Shown in pieces: positions 62,477 to 64,000 of a stretch of DNA of 64,000 nucleotides. Origin of the DNA: Candidatus Poribacteria bacterium (lineage in GTDB: Bacteria; Poribacteria; WGA-4E; WGA-3G); contig OZ219750.1 of the NCBI GenBank assembly GCA_964291315.2, positions 288,001 through 352,000 on the forward strand. The letters are read 5' to 3'. The position numbers and the translations under genes are program-made. Positions within the stretch are counted from its first letter, which is position 1. Each line of letters begins with the position of its first letter. The notes beneath the pieces were generated by a model. That model was not told the DNA's origin. It saw nothing but the letters and a program-made list of their open reading frames with translations, and searched no databases.

Positions 62477-63142
62477 ATGCTAAGAAAAAAGTTTTACATT
62501 CCAATCGGACTCGGGATCCTTGCGATAGCTGCGATAGGTTTCCTGTCTCTACGCTCGGATGTGTCAGATGGACTAGTTAAGGTTTACAAAGCAACCAAGC
62601 CCGTTGCTAGATCATCGGGTTCATCCTCCGCTGCCACCGTAAAAACGTCATTTTCTGCATCGCCTCCACTAGATACTTATGAAGCAGGACACGAGACACC
62701 CCTGTCTGGGAGTGCGTCTGATACTTATACAGATAGTGAACCGCAGGGTAACGAGGAGATCGAGATTGAACAGTTGCGGGCTGAGGTAGCTGATTTGAAA
62801 AAGATTATCGCAGAAAAGCGTGCAATCCTTACAGAGGTTAAGAACTTTAATGCGTGGGTAGAACGAGTGGATCTACGGTCTTCTTTCTCGGAGCTTTTGT
62901 CTTTACGTTCTTTACCTACAGAGGAGATTCGCGAGAAGTACTCTGCGGCGGAATTTCGGGCGATTGCCGTTGATAATGCCTCGCGCTTCAATGCGATTCG
63001 CGACGAGTTTTTGACTCGCGTTGAAAATTACTCACCCGGGGCAAGAGCTATCATTTATGAGCAGATTCATTCGGACCCGGTGTCGAGTCAGATCTACCGT
63101 GATTATATTGAAAACCCATGGGTAGATGGGGTACCGAAATGA
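62477..63142 (+). CDS. Membrane-anchored hypothetical protein with Ser/Thr-rich linker and coiled coil
   Basis: AAGGAG RBS; MLRKKFYIP plus TM; low-complexity linker; IEQLRAEVADLKKII coiled coil. Confidence 0.75.
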   Translation: MLRKKFYIPIGLGILAIAAIGFLSLRSDVSDGLVKVYKATKPVARSSGSSSAATVKTSFSASPPLDTYEAGHETPLSGSASDTYTDSEPQGNEEIEIEQLRAEVADLKKIIAEKRAILTEVKNFNAWVERVDLRSSFSELLSLRSLPTEEIREKYSAAEFRAIAVDNASRFNAIRDEFLTRVENYSPGARAIIYEQIHSDPVSSQIYRDYIENPWVDGVPK

Positions 63143-63306
63143 AAATTCTTTGGAAATCCGCTATCCTATTATCTTTGGCGTTTTTGATAGTTTGCTTCTC
63201 TGCTTCAGAGGCGGATGAGGAGGTTGAGATATTGAAACGGGACCTTAAGAGCAGATAAGACGTAAGCAGCGGGCACTCGAAATGTGGGCTCGGGAGAGGA
63301 TCAACT
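63139..63306 (+). pseudogene. Chimeric remnant: signal-peptide start joined to a fragment paralogous to 59616-59975
   Basis: 63253-63306 (AGATAAGACGTAAGCAGCGGGCACTCGAAATGTGGGCTCGGGAGAGGATCAAC) closely matches about 59806-59858; early stop in the ATG frame. Confidence 0.65.
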
Positions 63307-63331
63307 TCATAGGGGTCTTTTTCGAGACGTT

Positions 63332-63710
63332 TTACTTCGTCGGTCTCGGTAAAAACAGTTCAAAGTCGAGGGACACTTTTACTTTCTCGGTTTCAAGAGA
63401 TCCTTGTTTTTTGAGTAGTTTCTCGAGGCTCTTGAATTGTTTCAAAGTGTTTTCGGTGGCTTGAATCTGTTCTTTATATGTTTCGGCATCTGTTTGCTTC
63501 ATTAACTGAAGGTGCAGCGTTGTGAACGCAATCGTATCTGGATAGGTGGCCATTTCCTGAGTGGCGACTTTCAACAAAGCATCGACGAATGATTCGGCGA
63601 GCGGGTTGTTGTTGTATTGCTTTGCGACGTGTTTGATGAGTAGTTTGCGCGCGGCATCGGGATCGCGTGCGTAAAATGCTTTAAAATCGTTTTCTTGAGG
63701 GTTGCCGCGG
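63332..63710 (-). pseudogene. 5'-truncated member of the helical-domain exported protein family
   Basis: Frame extends upstream of the called ORF as DFKAFYARDPDAARKLL...QYNNNPLAESF...TDAETYKEQI, with no start codon or signal peptide before an in-frame stop. Confidence 0.6.
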
Positions 63711-64000
63711 CTTTTATGAGAAAAACAGCGTGGAAACCCGCAGTTTGAGATCTAACTATTTTATCAAGCTCATGTTATAAGTAGGAATGACAAGACTTGC
63801 ATTCGTTTGGATGTTCTCCTAAATGTCGTCCGTTTTTGACAGGTTTCTTTTTTGGACCTGAAGTGTAATGATGCTTTCCTCTCAGGCCGATTGGAAGCTT
63901 AGTCGAAATACCAACTCTATAAAAACGTGAGTTGGTTTATAAATGACTGAGAAGAGAGGGGTTTCAACAGTTGTATCCCGACTGTAGGCAGCGGGTTTTG

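Overview
Gene-dense bacterial chromosomal window of moderate GC. The gene content (sulfatase, PhyH dioxygenase, SCP2, HEAT/TPR exported proteins, many SDRs, degenerate heptamer intergenic repeats) suggests a Candidatus Poribacteria-like sponge symbiont; this is inference only. Housekeeping and metabolic genes (secF end, sigma54 activator, M14 peptidase, mnmA-miaA, ogt, aapJQMP-type ABC transporter, tgt, HIT, GDPD) are interrupted by three accessory regions. (1) 11.3-18.9 kb: PLD-SNF2 helicase plus Eco57I/type IIG-like methyltransferase plus DUF488. (2) 29.9-43.5 kb: a defence island with three tandem type III mod paralogs that share near-identical 5' and 3' blocks but have different target-recognition regions. 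Each is split at the same G8 tract, and all three precede one res gene. An AT-rich gene with two duplicated HEPN-like (Rx4H) domains lies between mod2 and mod3, and an ABC-type ATPase/DUF4276-like pair follows. (3) 56.4-63.7 kb: an ECF sigma factor, a duplicated promoter with a structured leader, a small Cys-rich secreted protein followed by a terminator, several exported proteins sharing an unrecognised helical domain, and an STT3/AglB-like oligosaccharyltransferase whose WWDYG motif reads DWRYG. No rRNA, tRNA, CRISPR array or intact transposase was recognised. All calls are by eye; no database searches were run.
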